The notes: generated from the sequence alone by a model not told the origin. 64,000 nt of DNA from Chthoniobacteraceae bacterium (GCA_031409335.1 JANNWY010000170.1:128001-192000), one strand, 5' to 3'; positions 8,792-19,513 are shown, numbered from the stretch's first letter. Program-made: numbers and translations.

Positions 8792-9685
8792 ATGTCGTCG
8801 AAAGAATCGTCCAAAGTGAAACTCGGGCTCGTGCAGATGCGCTGCTCCGCCGACCCCGCAGAGAACCGCGCCAAGGCGATCGCGAAGACTCGCGAAGCGG
8901 CGGCCCGCGGCGCGCAGATCGTCTGCCTGCAGGAGCTTTTTACGTCCGTCTATTTCTGCCAGATCGAGGATCATAAATATTTCCAGCTCGCGGAAGAAAT
9001 CCCCGGGCCGACGACCGACATCTTCTGTGCGCTCGCCGCGGAACTCGGCATCGTGATCATCGCGTCGCTGTTTGAGAGACGAAGCGCGGGCCTTTATCAC
9101 AACACTGCCGCGATCATCGACGCGGACGGAAAATATCTCGGGAAGTATCGGAAAATGCACATCCCGGACGACCCGCTTTTTTACGAGAAGTTTTACTTTA
9201 CGCCCGGCGATCTTGGCTTTCGCGCGTGGCAGACGAAGTTCGCGAAAATCGGGGTCTGTGTCTGCTGGGATCAATGGTATCCCGAGTCGGCTCGGCTGAC
9301 GGCTTTGCACGGCGCGGAGATTCTCTTTTTTCCGACGGCGATCGGCTGGCATCCGAGCGAGAAGGCGAAATACGGCGAGCGGCATCACAGTTCGTGGGAA
9401 ACCATTCAGCGCTCGCACGCCATCGCGAATGGCTGCTACGTGGCGGTGCCAAATCGGGTCGGGCACGAAGCGCCGGATGGCGGCGAGGGCATCGAGTTTT
9501 GGGGCCAAAGTTTCGTTGCCGATCCGTCGGGCATCCTCATCGAAAAGGCGCGCGCGGACGCGGAGGAAACGCTCGTGGTCGAAGTCGATCTCGCGAGCGT
9601 CGAGACGCAGCGGACGCACTGGCCGTTTTTCCGCGATCGCCGCATTGACGCATATGAAGACTTGGGTAAGCGTTTTATCGACTGA
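8792..9685 (+). CDS. aguB: N-carbamoylputrescine amidase (carbon-nitrogen hydrolase)
   Basis: Nitrilase triad motifs CLQELF, YRKMHIPDDP, VCWDQWYPE; FPTAIGW; adjacent to agmatine deiminase. Confidence 0.85.
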   Translation: MSSKESSKVKLGLVQMRCSADPAENRAKAIAKTREAAARGAQIVCLQELFTSVYFCQIEDHKYFQLAEEIPGPTTDIFCALAAELGIVIIASLFERRSAGLYHNTAAIIDADGKYLGKYRKMHIPDDPLFYEKFYFTPGDLGFRAWQTKFAKIGVCVCWDQWYPESARLTALHGAEILFFPTAIGWHPSEKAKYGERHHSSWETIQRSHAIANGCYVAVPNRVGHEAPDGGEGIEFWGQSFVADPSGILIEKARADAEETLVVEVDLASVETQRTHWPFFRDRRIDAYEDLGKRFID

Positions 9686-9760
9686 AAGTAGCCACCGCAG
9701 CGCATGTTGCGGCGATCCCCCCGATGGCATGGTTCATGTTGATTCGTGCTGGAAACCTCA

Positions 9761-10861
9761 ATGAAAGTCTCGTCTGAAACAAACCCGGCACCCACGCCGC
9801 CGATTCCGGTCCCACCGGCGCCGACATTGCCGACTGCGCTCGGCTACCGGATGCCGGCTGAATGGGAACCACACGCTGCGACGTGGCTTTCATTCCCGCG
9901 TCGCGACGGGATCAGCTTTCCAGATTCCTACGATCGCGTGACGCCCGTGCTTGCAGCGATGGTGAATGCGCTGGCGGCATCCGAGCCCGTGAACATCAAC
10001 GTCTGCGACGCCGAGCACGAAGCCGATGTGCGAAAGATCCTGGCCCGGCACCGCGCCGCGGCGGATCACGTGACTTTTCACCACATTCCGACGAACGAGC
10101 CGTGGTGCCGCGATCATGGGCCGATTTTCCTGACGCGCGCGGAGGATCCGAAGGTCGCGATCGTGGATTGGGATTACAACGCGTGGGGCTGGAAATACCC
10201 GCCGTTCGAGGACGACGATGTGGTTCCCACCATCATCGCGGGAAAGTTTGGCCTGCCCGTGTATCATCCCGGGATGGTTTTGGAAGGCGGCTCGATCGAC
10301 GTGAACGGATCGGGCACTTTGCTGACCACGAAATCTTGTCTCCTAAACCCGAATCGAAATCCGGATTTCACCCAGGCCGAAATTGAGCAGCGATTGAAGG
10401 ATTACCTCGGCGTGAAAAGTATTCTTTGGCTCGGCGACGGGATCGAGGGTGACGACACGGATGGACACGTGGACGATCTCACGCGCTTTGTGAACCGGAC
10501 GACAGTCGTGACGGTGATGGAGGACGACGAAAACGACGCCAACTACGCGCCGCTGATGCTCAATTTTGAAATGCTCAAAGGCATGGATGTGGAAGACGGA
10601 ACTCCATTGGAGATTCATCGCCTGCCAATGCCCGGAAAGATCGTGCGCGATGGCCAGCGCCTTCCGGCGAGCTATGCGAACTTCTACATCGCCAACAAAG
10701 TCGTGCTGCTTCCAGTCTTCGCAGACCAAGCCGACAAGTGGGCTGAAGCCGTGCTGAAAGCGGCGTTCCCGACGCGGGAAATCGTGTCGATCGACTGCCG
10801 GGAACTGATCTGGGGTCTCGGCGCTTTTCACTGCCTCACCCAGCAGCAACCGCTCGCGTAG
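9761..10861 (+). CDS. aguA: Agmatine deiminase
   Basis: RMPAEWEPH, WCRDHGP, LEGGSIDVNG, DDTDGHVD, ASYANFY, GAFHCLTQQQP. Confidence 0.92.
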   Translation: MKVSSETNPAPTPPIPVPPAPTLPTALGYRMPAEWEPHAATWLSFPRRDGISFPDSYDRVTPVLAAMVNALAASEPVNINVCDAEHEADVRKILARHRAAADHVTFHHIPTNEPWCRDHGPIFLTRAEDPKVAIVDWDYNAWGWKYPPFEDDDVVPTIIAGKFGLPVYHPGMVLEGGSIDVNGSGTLLTTKSCLLNPNRNPDFTQAEIEQRLKDYLGVKSILWLGDGIEGDDTDGHVDDLTRFVNRTTVVTVMEDDENDANYAPLMLNFEMLKGMDVEDGTPLEIHRLPMPGKIVRDGQRLPASYANFYIANKVVLLPVFADQADKWAEAVLKAAFPTREIVSIDCRELIWGLGAFHCLTQQQPLA

Positions 10862-10926
10862 CGTTGCCATCGGCAGATCGGCCTCGCCGTGCGGCCAAAC
10901 CCGGTTCCCGCGACCGAACCCCCGGA

Positions 10927-12345
10927 TCAATACGCCGTTTTCGGCGGACGGAGCATTTGCCAGGCAGTCCGTAGAATGATGTGCCAGTCCATCCCGAGCG
11001 ACCAGTTTTCCAAATAGTAAACGTCAGAGCGCACGCGATCGACGACGTCTTCCGGTTTCCGCGCTTCGCCGCGAAATCCGCGCACTTGCGCCAATCCGGT
11101 GATGCCTGGCTTTACGAAACTGCGGAGCCGGTAAGCATCGGCGACGCGCCCGAATTCCAGATCATGCTCGACCATGTGCGGGCGGGGACCGACTACGCTC
11201 ATTTCGCCGACGAGCACGTTGATGAACTGCGGCAGTTCATCAATGCTCAAGCGGCGGAGCCAACGCCCGAAAGCAAATACGCGCGGGTCCATTTCGGTCG
11301 CTTGGATTCTCTCGTCCGAGTTGTGGACGGCCATTGTGCGAAACTTGTAGATCGCGAACGCCTTGAAACGGATGCCGGTGCGCCGCTGCTTGAAAAAGAG
11401 CGGGCCGGGCGACTGGAGCCGATGACCGAACCACACGAGGATGGAAAGCAAGGGAAGAATGAAAACCACTACTGGAAGCGAGACGCAGATATCCAAAGTG
11501 CGCTTCAGGACGCGGTTGAAGGGGCATTCCAAGGGCTCTTCGCGCAGGCTGATGAAACGAACCCCGCCGTCCTCAAAAAAGAAAACCGTCCGCTGAAAGC
11601 TTTCGCAAATGTGTTTTTCGATGTCATTGACGATCAGCAGCCGGATCCCGAGCTGCTCGCACTGCGCACCGATGGCGGCGGCCTGCGAGATCGCATCGGG
11701 CATCGCGAGAAGGATCACCTGGGTCGCCCCGGAAGTGTTCGCGAGGACGGCTAAATCCGCAGGATTGCCGATGATCGGCCACGGCAGATCGCCGACAGGC
11801 TCGCGCTCGTCCGTAACCAGGCCCACGATATCCACGCCATACCGAGATTTGCTTTCGATCCACGGCATGATGCGCCGCGCGAGTGAGGGGCTGCCAAGCA
11901 GCAGCGTGCGTTCGCGACGACCGGAATCGAAGAGCGACGCGGCAATGACGCGGGGAAGGGTGCGATTCAAGACAGTGAGCGCTCCGTAAAGGACCGGTAT
12001 GAACGAGAAAAGGAAGACGCGGGAGATGGCGGTGTCCTTTTGCGCGACGAGGAAAAGCAAAAGGACGCCCAGCACGGTCAGGGTTTGCCGGAGGGAGAGT
12101 TTCAATACCCCGATCAAGTCGAGCTGCAGAAGGTCGGTATCGTGGATCTTCGAGACAACGAGATCAATGCCAAGGGCCGCCATGATGACGCCCATGTAAA
12201 TCGCGTATCTGGAATGCGTTACCGGTGTCCCCGCGAGCCGGAAGGAAAAATGCAGCGCAATCCACATCCAGAACAGCCCCGCCGCGACTCCCGCGATCAG
12301 GATGCTGTGTAAAACCGTGACTCCTCTGACTCGGTATGTAATCAT
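10927..12345 (-). CDS. wcaJ: Undecaprenyl-phosphate sugar-1-phosphate (priming) transferase, WcaJ-like
   Basis: Four N-terminal TM segments; KRTLD, YKFRTM, SIDELPQFINVL.GEMSVVGPRPH, KPGITGLAQV, DVYYLENWS. Confidence 0.9.
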   Translation of the reverse strand: MITYRVRGVTVLHSILIAGVAAGLFWMWIALHFSFRLAGTPVTHSRYAIYMGVIMAALGIDLVVSKIHDTDLLQLDLIGVLKLSLRQTLTVLGVLLLFLVAQKDTAISRVFLFSFIPVLYGALTVLNRTLPRVIAASLFDSGRRERTLLLGSPSLARRIMPWIESKSRYGVDIVGLVTDEREPVGDLPWPIIGNPADLAVLANTSGATQVILLAMPDAISQAAAIGAQCEQLGIRLLIVNDIEKHICESFQRTVFFFEDGGVRFISLREEPLECPFNRVLKRTLDICVSLPVVVFILPLLSILVWFGHRLQSPGPLFFKQRRTGIRFKAFAIYKFRTMAVHNSDERIQATEMDPRVFAFGRWLRRLSIDELPQFINVLVGEMSVVGPRPHMVEHDLEFGRVADAYRLRSFVKPGITGLAQVRGFRGEARKPEDVVDRVRSDVYYLENWSLGMDWHIILRTAWQMLRPPKTAY

Positions 12346-12433
12346 CTTCGTTGCTTGATGTGTCGTGTTGAATCAGTTCGCGATCTGCTATTCAGGATCG
12401 CGAATTTTGGGCCGCAAAGTTACGGGATTTTGC

Positions 12434-12445
12434 GGCGGTAGCGCA
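12434..12445 (+). promoter_or_regulatory. ops-like element
   Basis: GGCGGTAGCGCA matches the 8-nt core of the RfaH ops consensus GGCGGTAGnnTG; it is intergenic and upstream of the co-oriented glycan locus. A short motif like this can occur by chance. Confidence 0.3.
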
Positions 12446-12702
12446 ACCGGAAAAACACCTATTTTTCTGTAGTCCGAAATTCGCGCGACGGTAGGAAAGG
12501 CATGGGCTAAACGCGGTATAACTTGATTGTATAAGAATGTTTCGAGAAGCATTGAGGACATGCAACCCCGCCGACGAATGAACGAGTTTGCGACGAACGA
12601 GGTAGCAAGCGCTATTCCGATGTTTAGGTTCCGGTCATTTGCCGCCGTGCAGTTGCTTTCAAATCTTTTCCCGAAACGGGCGAAGCGGCTTCCAGTCGTA
12701 AA

Positions 12703-14982
12703 GTGGCCAAGAACCGATCAAGCGTGAAAAATCTCGGCATCGATAGCTATCGGGACGCCTTCGTGAATGCGGTTGAAGGCCTCTTCCGATCGACCCTAGA
12801 TGGGCAATGGATCGAAGTAAATTTAGCTCTGGCAAATATTTGCGGATACGATTCGCCGAAAGAATTCACGTCTTCGATAGCGGACTTGAACACGCAACTT
12901 TACATCGAGCCCGGAAGGCGCACGGAGTTCTTGCGGCAGATGGAGAAGGACGGGCGGGTGGCGGACTTTGAATCAGAGGTCAGGCGAAAGGATGGACGGG
13001 CGATTTGGATTTCAGAGTTTGCCCGCACTGTCGTCAATGAGAAGAAGGAGCCCCTCTATTTTGAGGGCAGCGTTATCGATATCTCGTCGCACAAGCGGGC
13101 GGAGTTGGCGCTGAGGAAAAATGAGGAGGAGTTCAGGCTTTTGGTGGAGACGACGAACGTCGTTCCGTGGGAAGCGGACTTGAAGACCGGGCGATTCTTT
13201 TACGTCGGTCCGCAAGCGGTCCCATTTCTCGGTTTTCCAATCGCAGACTGGATGCAGGAAGGGTTTTGGGTCAACCGCCTGCATCCGGAAGATCGCGAAT
13301 GGGTGACGATTACGCGATCGGAAGCGGTGGAAAAGGGAAAAAGTTTCGAATGTGAATACCGGATGCTGCGAGCCGACGGGCGGGTCGTGTGGGTGCGCGA
13401 TATGTTGAGCGTAATCCCCTCGGCGGAAGCGGGTTCGATCCTCGGAGGATTCATGCTGGATGTCACCTACCGGCGGTTCACCGAGGAGTCGCTGAGAGAA
13501 AGTCGATATTTTATCGAGCAGATCGCGAGCGCGTCGCCGGTGATACTTTATCTTTACGACGTGGCGGAACGACGGTGCCTCTATTTGAATGGGCTGGTTG
13601 ATAAGATCTTGGGCTACTCCACGTGGAATCTGGTGGAAATGAGTCCTCTATTCACCCTCGCGCTCGCCCACCCGGCGGAATTCGACGCCCATGTGGCGCA
13701 CTTTGAAAATCTCGCCCGAGCGACGGAAGGCCAAGTCGTGGAATGGGAGTTCAGACTTCGCGGCGCGGGCGGAAATTGGGTGTGGCTTCACAGCCGGGAC
13801 ACCGTTTTCAAGGTCTGCCCCGACGGGCGTCCGCTGCAGGTCGTCGCGGTTGCCACCGACATTACCGCGCACCGCGCCGTGCTCGACAGGCTGGCGAGCA
13901 ACGAAGCGTTTTTTAGAAAATTGGCGGAAACGACCGGGATGATTCCGTTCGAGTTCGAAATGCGATCGGGCAGCTTCACTTACATCGGTCCGCAGGCGGA
14001 GTTTCTGTTCGGCCACGCGCTGGCCCAATGGGCGACACCTGGATTTTGGCAGTCCATCATCCATCCGGAGGACTCCCACGCTGCCGGGCGATTCGCGACG
14101 GTGCCTTCGGCAGACGGCGAGCGGGACGTTCACGGGGAATTTCGCTTGAGGAAAAGCGATGGAACATTTGTTTGGGTGAGGCAAGTCGTCCGCTATGATC
14201 CAGGCGACGATCAGGGCGGACGCGCGCGTGGTTTCCTTTTCGATATCAGCGAAGCGAAGGCCATCGAACACGAGCGGGAAAGATCGCGGCGCCAATTGCG
14301 CGAACTGGGCCTCCGCAATCAATCAGCCCGCGAGGAGGAAAGGATCAGTGTTGCCCGGGAAATTCACGACGAGTTGGGTCAGGCGCTGACGTTGTTTCGC
14401 ATTGAACTGACGTGGCTCGAAAATCGAATGTCCAAGGTGCTTTCCGAACGCGGCGCCGAGCCGGTAGTTCGCAAGATCGGTCAAATGAAACGGATGCTGG
14501 ATGGAACCCTGCAAACCGTCAGGCGAATCACAACCAACCTGCGCCCTCCCGTTTTGGACGAACTCGGATTGCGCGCGGCGATCGAATGGCAGGCCGAGGG
14601 ATTCTCCCGGAGAGTCGGCATCCGCTGCGAAGTCGATGCCCAATCAATCGAGTGTTCGTGCAAAGACACATCGACCGCACTTTTCCGGATATTTCAGGAG
14701 ATTCTTACCAACGTTGCCCGACATGCGCAGGCGTCGCGAGTTCGGGTGAAACTTCACTGCGAACTCGGTTGTTTCGTCTTGATCGTGTCCGACAACGGTC
14801 GTGGATTCGCCACGGAATCCGGCGCAAAGCCGAATAGTTTCGGATTGTTGGGCATGGGCGAAAGAGCTGAAGCTCTCGGGGGCCGGTTGGAAATCTCGTC
14901 TGGCTTGGCTCAAGGCACCACGGTGACTGTGCGCCTTCCGATTCGAGAAGATCCGCCCGAATCCCTGGAAGACCCGCCCTGA
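12703..14982 (+). CDS. Cytoplasmic multi-PAS sensor histidine kinase (HisKA_3 type)
   Basis: Four PAS/PAC repeats (e.g. HPEDRE..EYRMLRADGRVVWV); EERISVAREIHDELGQ H-box; FRIFQEILTNVARHA, DNGRGF, FGLLGMGERA; no TM helix seen. Confidence 0.92.
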   Translation: MAKNRSSVKNLGIDSYRDAFVNAVEGLFRSTLDGQWIEVNLALANICGYDSPKEFTSSIADLNTQLYIEPGRRTEFLRQMEKDGRVADFESEVRRKDGRAIWISEFARTVVNEKKEPLYFEGSVIDISSHKRAELALRKNEEEFRLLVETTNVVPWEADLKTGRFFYVGPQAVPFLGFPIADWMQEGFWVNRLHPEDREWVTITRSEAVEKGKSFECEYRMLRADGRVVWVRDMLSVIPSAEAGSILGGFMLDVTYRRFTEESLRESRYFIEQIASASPVILYLYDVAERRCLYLNGLVDKILGYSTWNLVEMSPLFTLALAHPAEFDAHVAHFENLARATEGQVVEWEFRLRGAGGNWVWLHSRDTVFKVCPDGRPLQVVAVATDITAHRAVLDRLASNEAFFRKLAETTGMIPFEFEMRSGSFTYIGPQAEFLFGHALAQWATPGFWQSIIHPEDSHAAGRFATVPSADGERDVHGEFRLRKSDGTFVWVRQVVRYDPGDDQGGRARGFLFDISEAKAIEHERERSRRQLRELGLRNQSAREEERISVAREIHDELGQALTLFRIELTWLENRMSKVLSERGAEPVVRKIGQMKRMLDGTLQTVRRITTNLRPPVLDELGLRAAIEWQAEGFSRRVGIRCEVDAQSIECSCKDTSTALFRIFQEILTNVARHAQASRVRVKLHCELGCFVLIVSDNGRGFATESGAKPNSFGLLGMGERAEALGGRLEISSGLAQGTTVTVRLPIREDPPESLEDPP

Positions 14983-15094
14983 TTCTCAACTTCGACAAAA
15001 ATACGTGGTTTGCGCGATTATTGCTCTAGTCTGCCTCAGTTGACCGCGTTTGAAAGTTCATTATATGGACGATCAGCGTTGAGAATCCATAATT

Positions 15095-15751
15095 ATGGCA
15101 AAAAATATAAAGATACTCATTGTTGACGATCATTTTATCGTCAGACAGGGGCTGAAGCAGGTTTTGAAAGAGCATTTCAAACACGCTGAATTCGGCGAGG
15201 CGAGTGATGGCCGGGAGGCACTCGACAAAGTTTGGGAAACGCAATGGGACGTCGTCCTCCTCGACATCAGTATGCCTGGCCGTGGAGGTTTGGATGCTCT
15301 CAAAGATCTCAAGCAAGCGCGCCCGGAGCTTCCGATCATCATTTTGAGCATGCATTCAGAGGATCAGTTCGCGATTCGAGTGATGAAACTTGGCGCGTGC
15401 GCCTACATTCGGAAAGACAGCGCCGGGCAGGATTTGGTGACCGGAGTCGAAGCTGCATTGAGAGGTGCACGCTACATCACCGCGAGCTTGGCAGAAAAAT
15501 TGGCGAATCACCTTCAGGAAGACCGCAAGGGGCCTGTTCACGAGGAACTGTCGGATCGCGAATATCAAGTGATGTGCATGATTGCCGCAGGCAAAACGGT
15601 GAAAGAGGTCGCCGGAGGGCTCTCGTTGAGCGTGAAAACGGTCTCCACTTATCGAAAACGCGTCATCGAAAAAATGGGACTTAAGAATAATTCTCAGATA
15701 ATGCGCTACGCTGTCCGGCACGGGCTGGTCGATGTCGATGCGTCTGCTTAA
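15095..15751 (+). CDS. NarL/LuxR-family response regulator
   Basis: ILIVDDH, VLLDISMPG receiver domain; LSDREYQV..LSLSVKTVSTY LuxR HTH. Confidence 0.95.
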   Translation: MAKNIKILIVDDHFIVRQGLKQVLKEHFKHAEFGEASDGREALDKVWETQWDVVLLDISMPGRGGLDALKDLKQARPELPIIILSMHSEDQFAIRVMKLGACAYIRKDSAGQDLVTGVEAALRGARYITASLAEKLANHLQEDRKGPVHEELSDREYQVMCMIAAGKTVKEVAGGLSLSVKTVSTYRKRVIEKMGLKNNSQIMRYAVRHGLVDVDASA

Positions 15752-15787
15752 TCGTTCCTGGGCAGCTTCTCGATTCAGGGTCGCTAC

Positions 15788-15812
15788 CCGCTTCCACGCA
15801 GCGGTTTTTTTT
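15788..15812 (+). terminator. Short intrinsic terminator after the response regulator
   Basis: ccgct-tccacgc-agcgg stem-loop followed by eight T. Confidence 0.55.
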
Positions 15813-16129
15813 GAAGATATTTCCCGTCGCTCCAAAGTTCGATGCGATATAATGCGGTCCCGATCAAGCGTCCTACACAGCATTCAGCCGTTCCCCCATT
15901 TGCCACCTGCTGCTCCCTGAATACGCTTCACTTATCGAGTTGAGCCGGATTTAGTTGTCGCCTCCCAGCGATGCGCCCGCTTCAGGTGATGCGAGCACGA
16001 AAATGACAAGCCACACTGAAACGGTTGCAGTTTTGCCTGCCGACCAAGTGCGGCAGCCTGCCTCGAAATGCAGAAATTTATCCAGCGATTCCCTTCATTC
16101 GATCGCAGACTTTGACTGGCAATAGTCAC

Positions 16130-17692
16130 ATGCGTGCGCTAGCCGACACTGACCACGATTCCACCCCACCCGGTTGGATGCACATCATTCTCGTTGTATC
16201 GATTCCGGTGATTGCATGGAGTGCGTTTATCAGGAAAATGACGACGGATTGGTCCACGAACAGCCAGTATGAATTTGGCTACTTCGTCCCGTTCTTCATC
16301 CTCTATCTGCTCGCGCGCCGCTGGGGATCAAGGCCTCCTGCTTCGCGAGATTTGTCCACTCGCCTCGCAGCCATCCTTGGCATTGGAATTCTGCTACTCT
16401 TGCTCCCCATCCGAATCATCCAAGAAGCGAGTCCAGACTGGCGTCCCCTCAATTGGCTCCACGGAACTCTGCTCGTGATCTTGAGCTTGGTGCCATTTGC
16501 GATCATCGGTGGCTGGGCGTGGGTCCGTCATTTTTCACTCCCGTTCCTGCTAATCTTTGCTGCCCTTCCGTGGCCGCTAAGCACCGAGCAAGCAGTGTTG
16601 CAGGGTCTCTCGCGAGTAGTCACCACGTTCACGGTGGAACTGCTAAACATGATCAACATTCCCGCCCTCCAAAGGGGCAATGTAATCGACATGGCGGCCG
16701 GCTCGGTCGGAGTTGCGGACGCATGCAGCGGCATCCGATCCCTCGCGGGAACACTGATGGCCTCGATCTTCTTCGGTGAGTTTTTCCGACTTGGCGCAAC
16801 AAACCGGCTGATCCTCGTTTTAGGGGGATGCCTAATCTCATTCGGACTCAATCTATTCCGGGCATTCTTCCTCAGTTGGCGCGCCGCGGTGGAAGGCCTC
16901 CAATCGATCGAGAAGTGGCACGACCCCGCAGGATTGACGATATTCGCAATCTCGTTTGCTGGCCTCTGGTTTCTTGCAAATTGGATGACGAAAGGAGAAC
17001 CCCAACCCAATCTGCCCGACCCGGAGAAGTTCCAGCTCCCGAGTTTTGGTTACAAATGGATCGTGCCCGGCGTGTTATGGACCATCGCGATCGGTGTGAT
17101 TTCCGAAATGTGGTATCGAAACCGAGAAGGAAAACGACCCGTCCCGATCGCCTGGAGCTTGGAATGGCCACCAGAAAGTGCATCATTCAAGTTCACTCCC
17201 GTTCCCCCGGAAACCCGCGCGATCTTACGCTATTCAAGCGGCAAATCCGCGTCATTCCGCTGGAACGACGGCTCTGCCTGGCAAGTGTTCTTCTTTCACT
17301 GGGCTCCCGGAAAATCATCGGTCCAACTGGCGACCATGCACCGCCCGGAGGTGTGTCTGCCGGCTGTGGGTTTCCGATATGTTTCGGAGGCGAGTGCTCT
17401 CGAAATGTCACTCCCCGGCGTCACATTGCCATTCTCTGGGGGCATTTTTGATTGCGAAAGCGGTCGTGTCTATGTCTATCGTTGTTTATGGGAAGATTTT
17501 CCAATTATCGGGCTCACAAGAGATCGAAATTTCGACATGAGTGTGACCGGGCGCTTGCTCAGCGCCTGGCACGGTCGCCGAAACTTGGGGCAGCGTCTTC
17601 TTCAAGTAGTCATTCAAGGAGCCCCAAGCGAGGAGTCTGCAAGGGAGCAACTTCGCACCAAATTAGCGGACTTAGTTGAACTCAAAGGATGA
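16130..17692 (+). CDS. Exosortase fused to a C-terminal EpsI-like domain
   Basis: Multi-TM protein; YEFGYFVP; catalytic Cys/Arg/His motifs VADACSGIRS, LNLFRA, WHD; C-terminal HRPEVCLPAVG EpsI motif. Confidence 0.9.
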   Translation: MRALADTDHDSTPPGWMHIILVVSIPVIAWSAFIRKMTTDWSTNSQYEFGYFVPFFILYLLARRWGSRPPASRDLSTRLAAILGIGILLLLLPIRIIQEASPDWRPLNWLHGTLLVILSLVPFAIIGGWAWVRHFSLPFLLIFAALPWPLSTEQAVLQGLSRVVTTFTVELLNMINIPALQRGNVIDMAAGSVGVADACSGIRSLAGTLMASIFFGEFFRLGATNRLILVLGGCLISFGLNLFRAFFLSWRAAVEGLQSIEKWHDPAGLTIFAISFAGLWFLANWMTKGEPQPNLPDPEKFQLPSFGYKWIVPGVLWTIAIGVISEMWYRNREGKRPVPIAWSLEWPPESASFKFTPVPPETRAILRYSSGKSASFRWNDGSAWQVFFFHWAPGKSSVQLATMHRPEVCLPAVGFRYVSEASALEMSLPGVTLPFSGGIFDCESGRVYVYRCLWEDFPIIGLTRDRNFDMSVTGRLLSAWHGRRNLGQRLLQVVIQGAPSEESAREQLRTKLADLVELKG

Positions 17693-17721
17693 GCCTTTCG
17701 AATCAATAGGCGGGTAGCTCC

Positions 17722-19347
17722 ATGATAGATAACGGGACAATTGCAGCCAAAAAACAGCGCTGGCCAATCGTGAAAAACGCCTTCTTTCGGTTGAAAATGG
17801 CTGTTGGAATAGTTTGGTGTGTATCTGCTTTCACGATTCCGCTTTTTCACGCGACCCATGCGCTGGCAAGCGATCAGTCGGCGCAGATCTCGACTGCGGC
17901 GAAAGCAAAGGCAACTCAGGAGACGCCTTCGTGGGAAGAGCCCAACCTATTCCCTCAAGACTTGCCGGACTTGACGACAGCGAATCGCCCGAATCGCAAA
18001 CCACGATCATCCAATGAAACTGACGGGCGCAATCCGCCAACACCCATAGAGACTAGCGAGACGAATCAAACGACTCAGGACGTTTCTTCCACCTCATTTC
18101 GATCCAAACTCGGAGACCTCAGCTTCCCCGAAACTCCGGCGATCGGCTTGGATTCAAACCATCAGAGAGACGCCATCCTTGCGAAGTTGCAAAATGAGGA
18201 GCCAACCCAACCTTACAACATCAAAATTGGGCGACTTCCATTGTTGATGCGGGGAGGCTTTAGCGCTGAATTCACAGACAATATAAGGCGATCGAAACAG
18301 AACAAGAATGCGGAACTCACAATGATTCCGCGATTGGATATCTCGGGCTTTGTCAAACTTGGGTCGAAATTGAGTCTCTCTATCGGATTCGGTGTGGGAT
18401 ACATCAAACACGTGGCCGACAGTGGTAACGATCGATTCTTAGTATCCGCTCCCATTTCGCTCACGCCAGATAGCGGGATATCATTGAACATTAAGATCGG
18501 AAAATTCCTTATTAACGTGTATGACAGACCTACGCTACCCCAGTTCCAGGCCGACGCTGTGACTCAACGCCAGCAGAACCAATACAGCCAATTCACCAAT
18601 ATTGCAGGGATCAGGGCGTTCTGGGACGTGAATAGCAGTACAAGCGTTTCCTTTGAATATGCGCACGTGAATTCTTTTTCGTTTTCGTCGGACCAAAACA
18701 CAAGTGACGGGTCAACTAATTCATTCATGGCGTCGCTCTCATATAAACTGAGTGATTCCCTCGGCCTTGGAATCAATGCCAGTGCTGAGAAAACGACTTA
18801 CGACAGCGACTTCCGAAACAATGGGACTACTTACCATATCGGTCCTTCTGCATCGCTGCAGTTGTCCAGATTTCTCCGCGTTCAGGCGAGTGTGGGATAT
18901 CAGGGAGGTTCCTATGGCAACTCGGGATCTGTTGCTGACAGCTCGGCGCTCGGGACTTTTTTTGCAAGTGTCCGTATCGAAAACGAACTCAATAGTCATA
19001 TCTCTCACAGCCTCGCCCTCGGCAGACAATCACAGCAGGGTTCAGTGTCGAATTTCGCGGTAACAAATTACGTCAGATATTACATCGGATGGGATCTGGT
19101 GCGAGGTGTCAATATTGGCGCGAATGCTTCGTTTGAAGATATCGAAGAGTCGGGTGGATTGTTTGCCGCACATTTCCGAACCTTTGCACTCGGAGTATCC
19201 TGCAGCACCCAGCTTACGAAACGAATTACGCTAAGTTTACTGTATTCCTTCACGACCCGATATGTGATCGATGACGCGGGTTCTCAAAACTCCTTGCTGG
19301 ACTACAATGAAAATCGAATCAGCCTCTTCATGGGATATACGTTCTAA
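17722..19347 (+). CDS. Outer-membrane beta-barrel protein associated with polysaccharide export
   Basis: Signal-like N-terminus, alternating amphipathic beta-strands, C-terminal YNENRISLFMGYTF; located between the exosortase and Wza. Start uncertain. Confidence 0.75.
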   Translation: MIDNGTIAAKKQRWPIVKNAFFRLKMAVGIVWCVSAFTIPLFHATHALASDQSAQISTAAKAKATQETPSWEEPNLFPQDLPDLTTANRPNRKPRSSNETDGRNPPTPIETSETNQTTQDVSSTSFRSKLGDLSFPETPAIGLDSNHQRDAILAKLQNEEPTQPYNIKIGRLPLLMRGGFSAEFTDNIRRSKQNKNAELTMIPRLDISGFVKLGSKLSLSIGFGVGYIKHVADSGNDRFLVSAPISLTPDSGISLNIKIGKFLINVYDRPTLPQFQADAVTQRQQNQYSQFTNIAGIRAFWDVNSSTSVSFEYAHVNSFSFSSDQNTSDGSTNSFMASLSYKLSDSLGLGINASAEKTTYDSDFRNNGTTYHIGPSASLQLSRFLRVQASVGYQGGSYGNSGSVADSSALGTFFASVRIENELNSHISHSLALGRQSQQGSVSNFAVTNYVRYYIGWDLVRGVNIGANASFEDIEESGGLFAAHFRTFALGVSCSTQLTKRITLSLLYSFTTRYVIDDAGSQNSLLDYNENRISLFMGYTF

Positions 19348-19513
19348 GACCCAGAACAGCACACGCACTTGCGCCATCATGGACCACTATGCGATTCAAA
19401 TGCACAGCCAAATATTCGGGCCAATGTTCAGCATGCCGGATTTCAAATTCGATTTCATTTTGCACGGCGCAAGCTCTCTTGAATTCTCAAGAATGCGCAA
19501 AACTAATTATCAT

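Noticed and set aside
8390..9730. 446-aa minus-strand ORF over aguB
   Set aside because: Shadow frame; the plus-strand nitrilase-family gene has all catalytic motifs.
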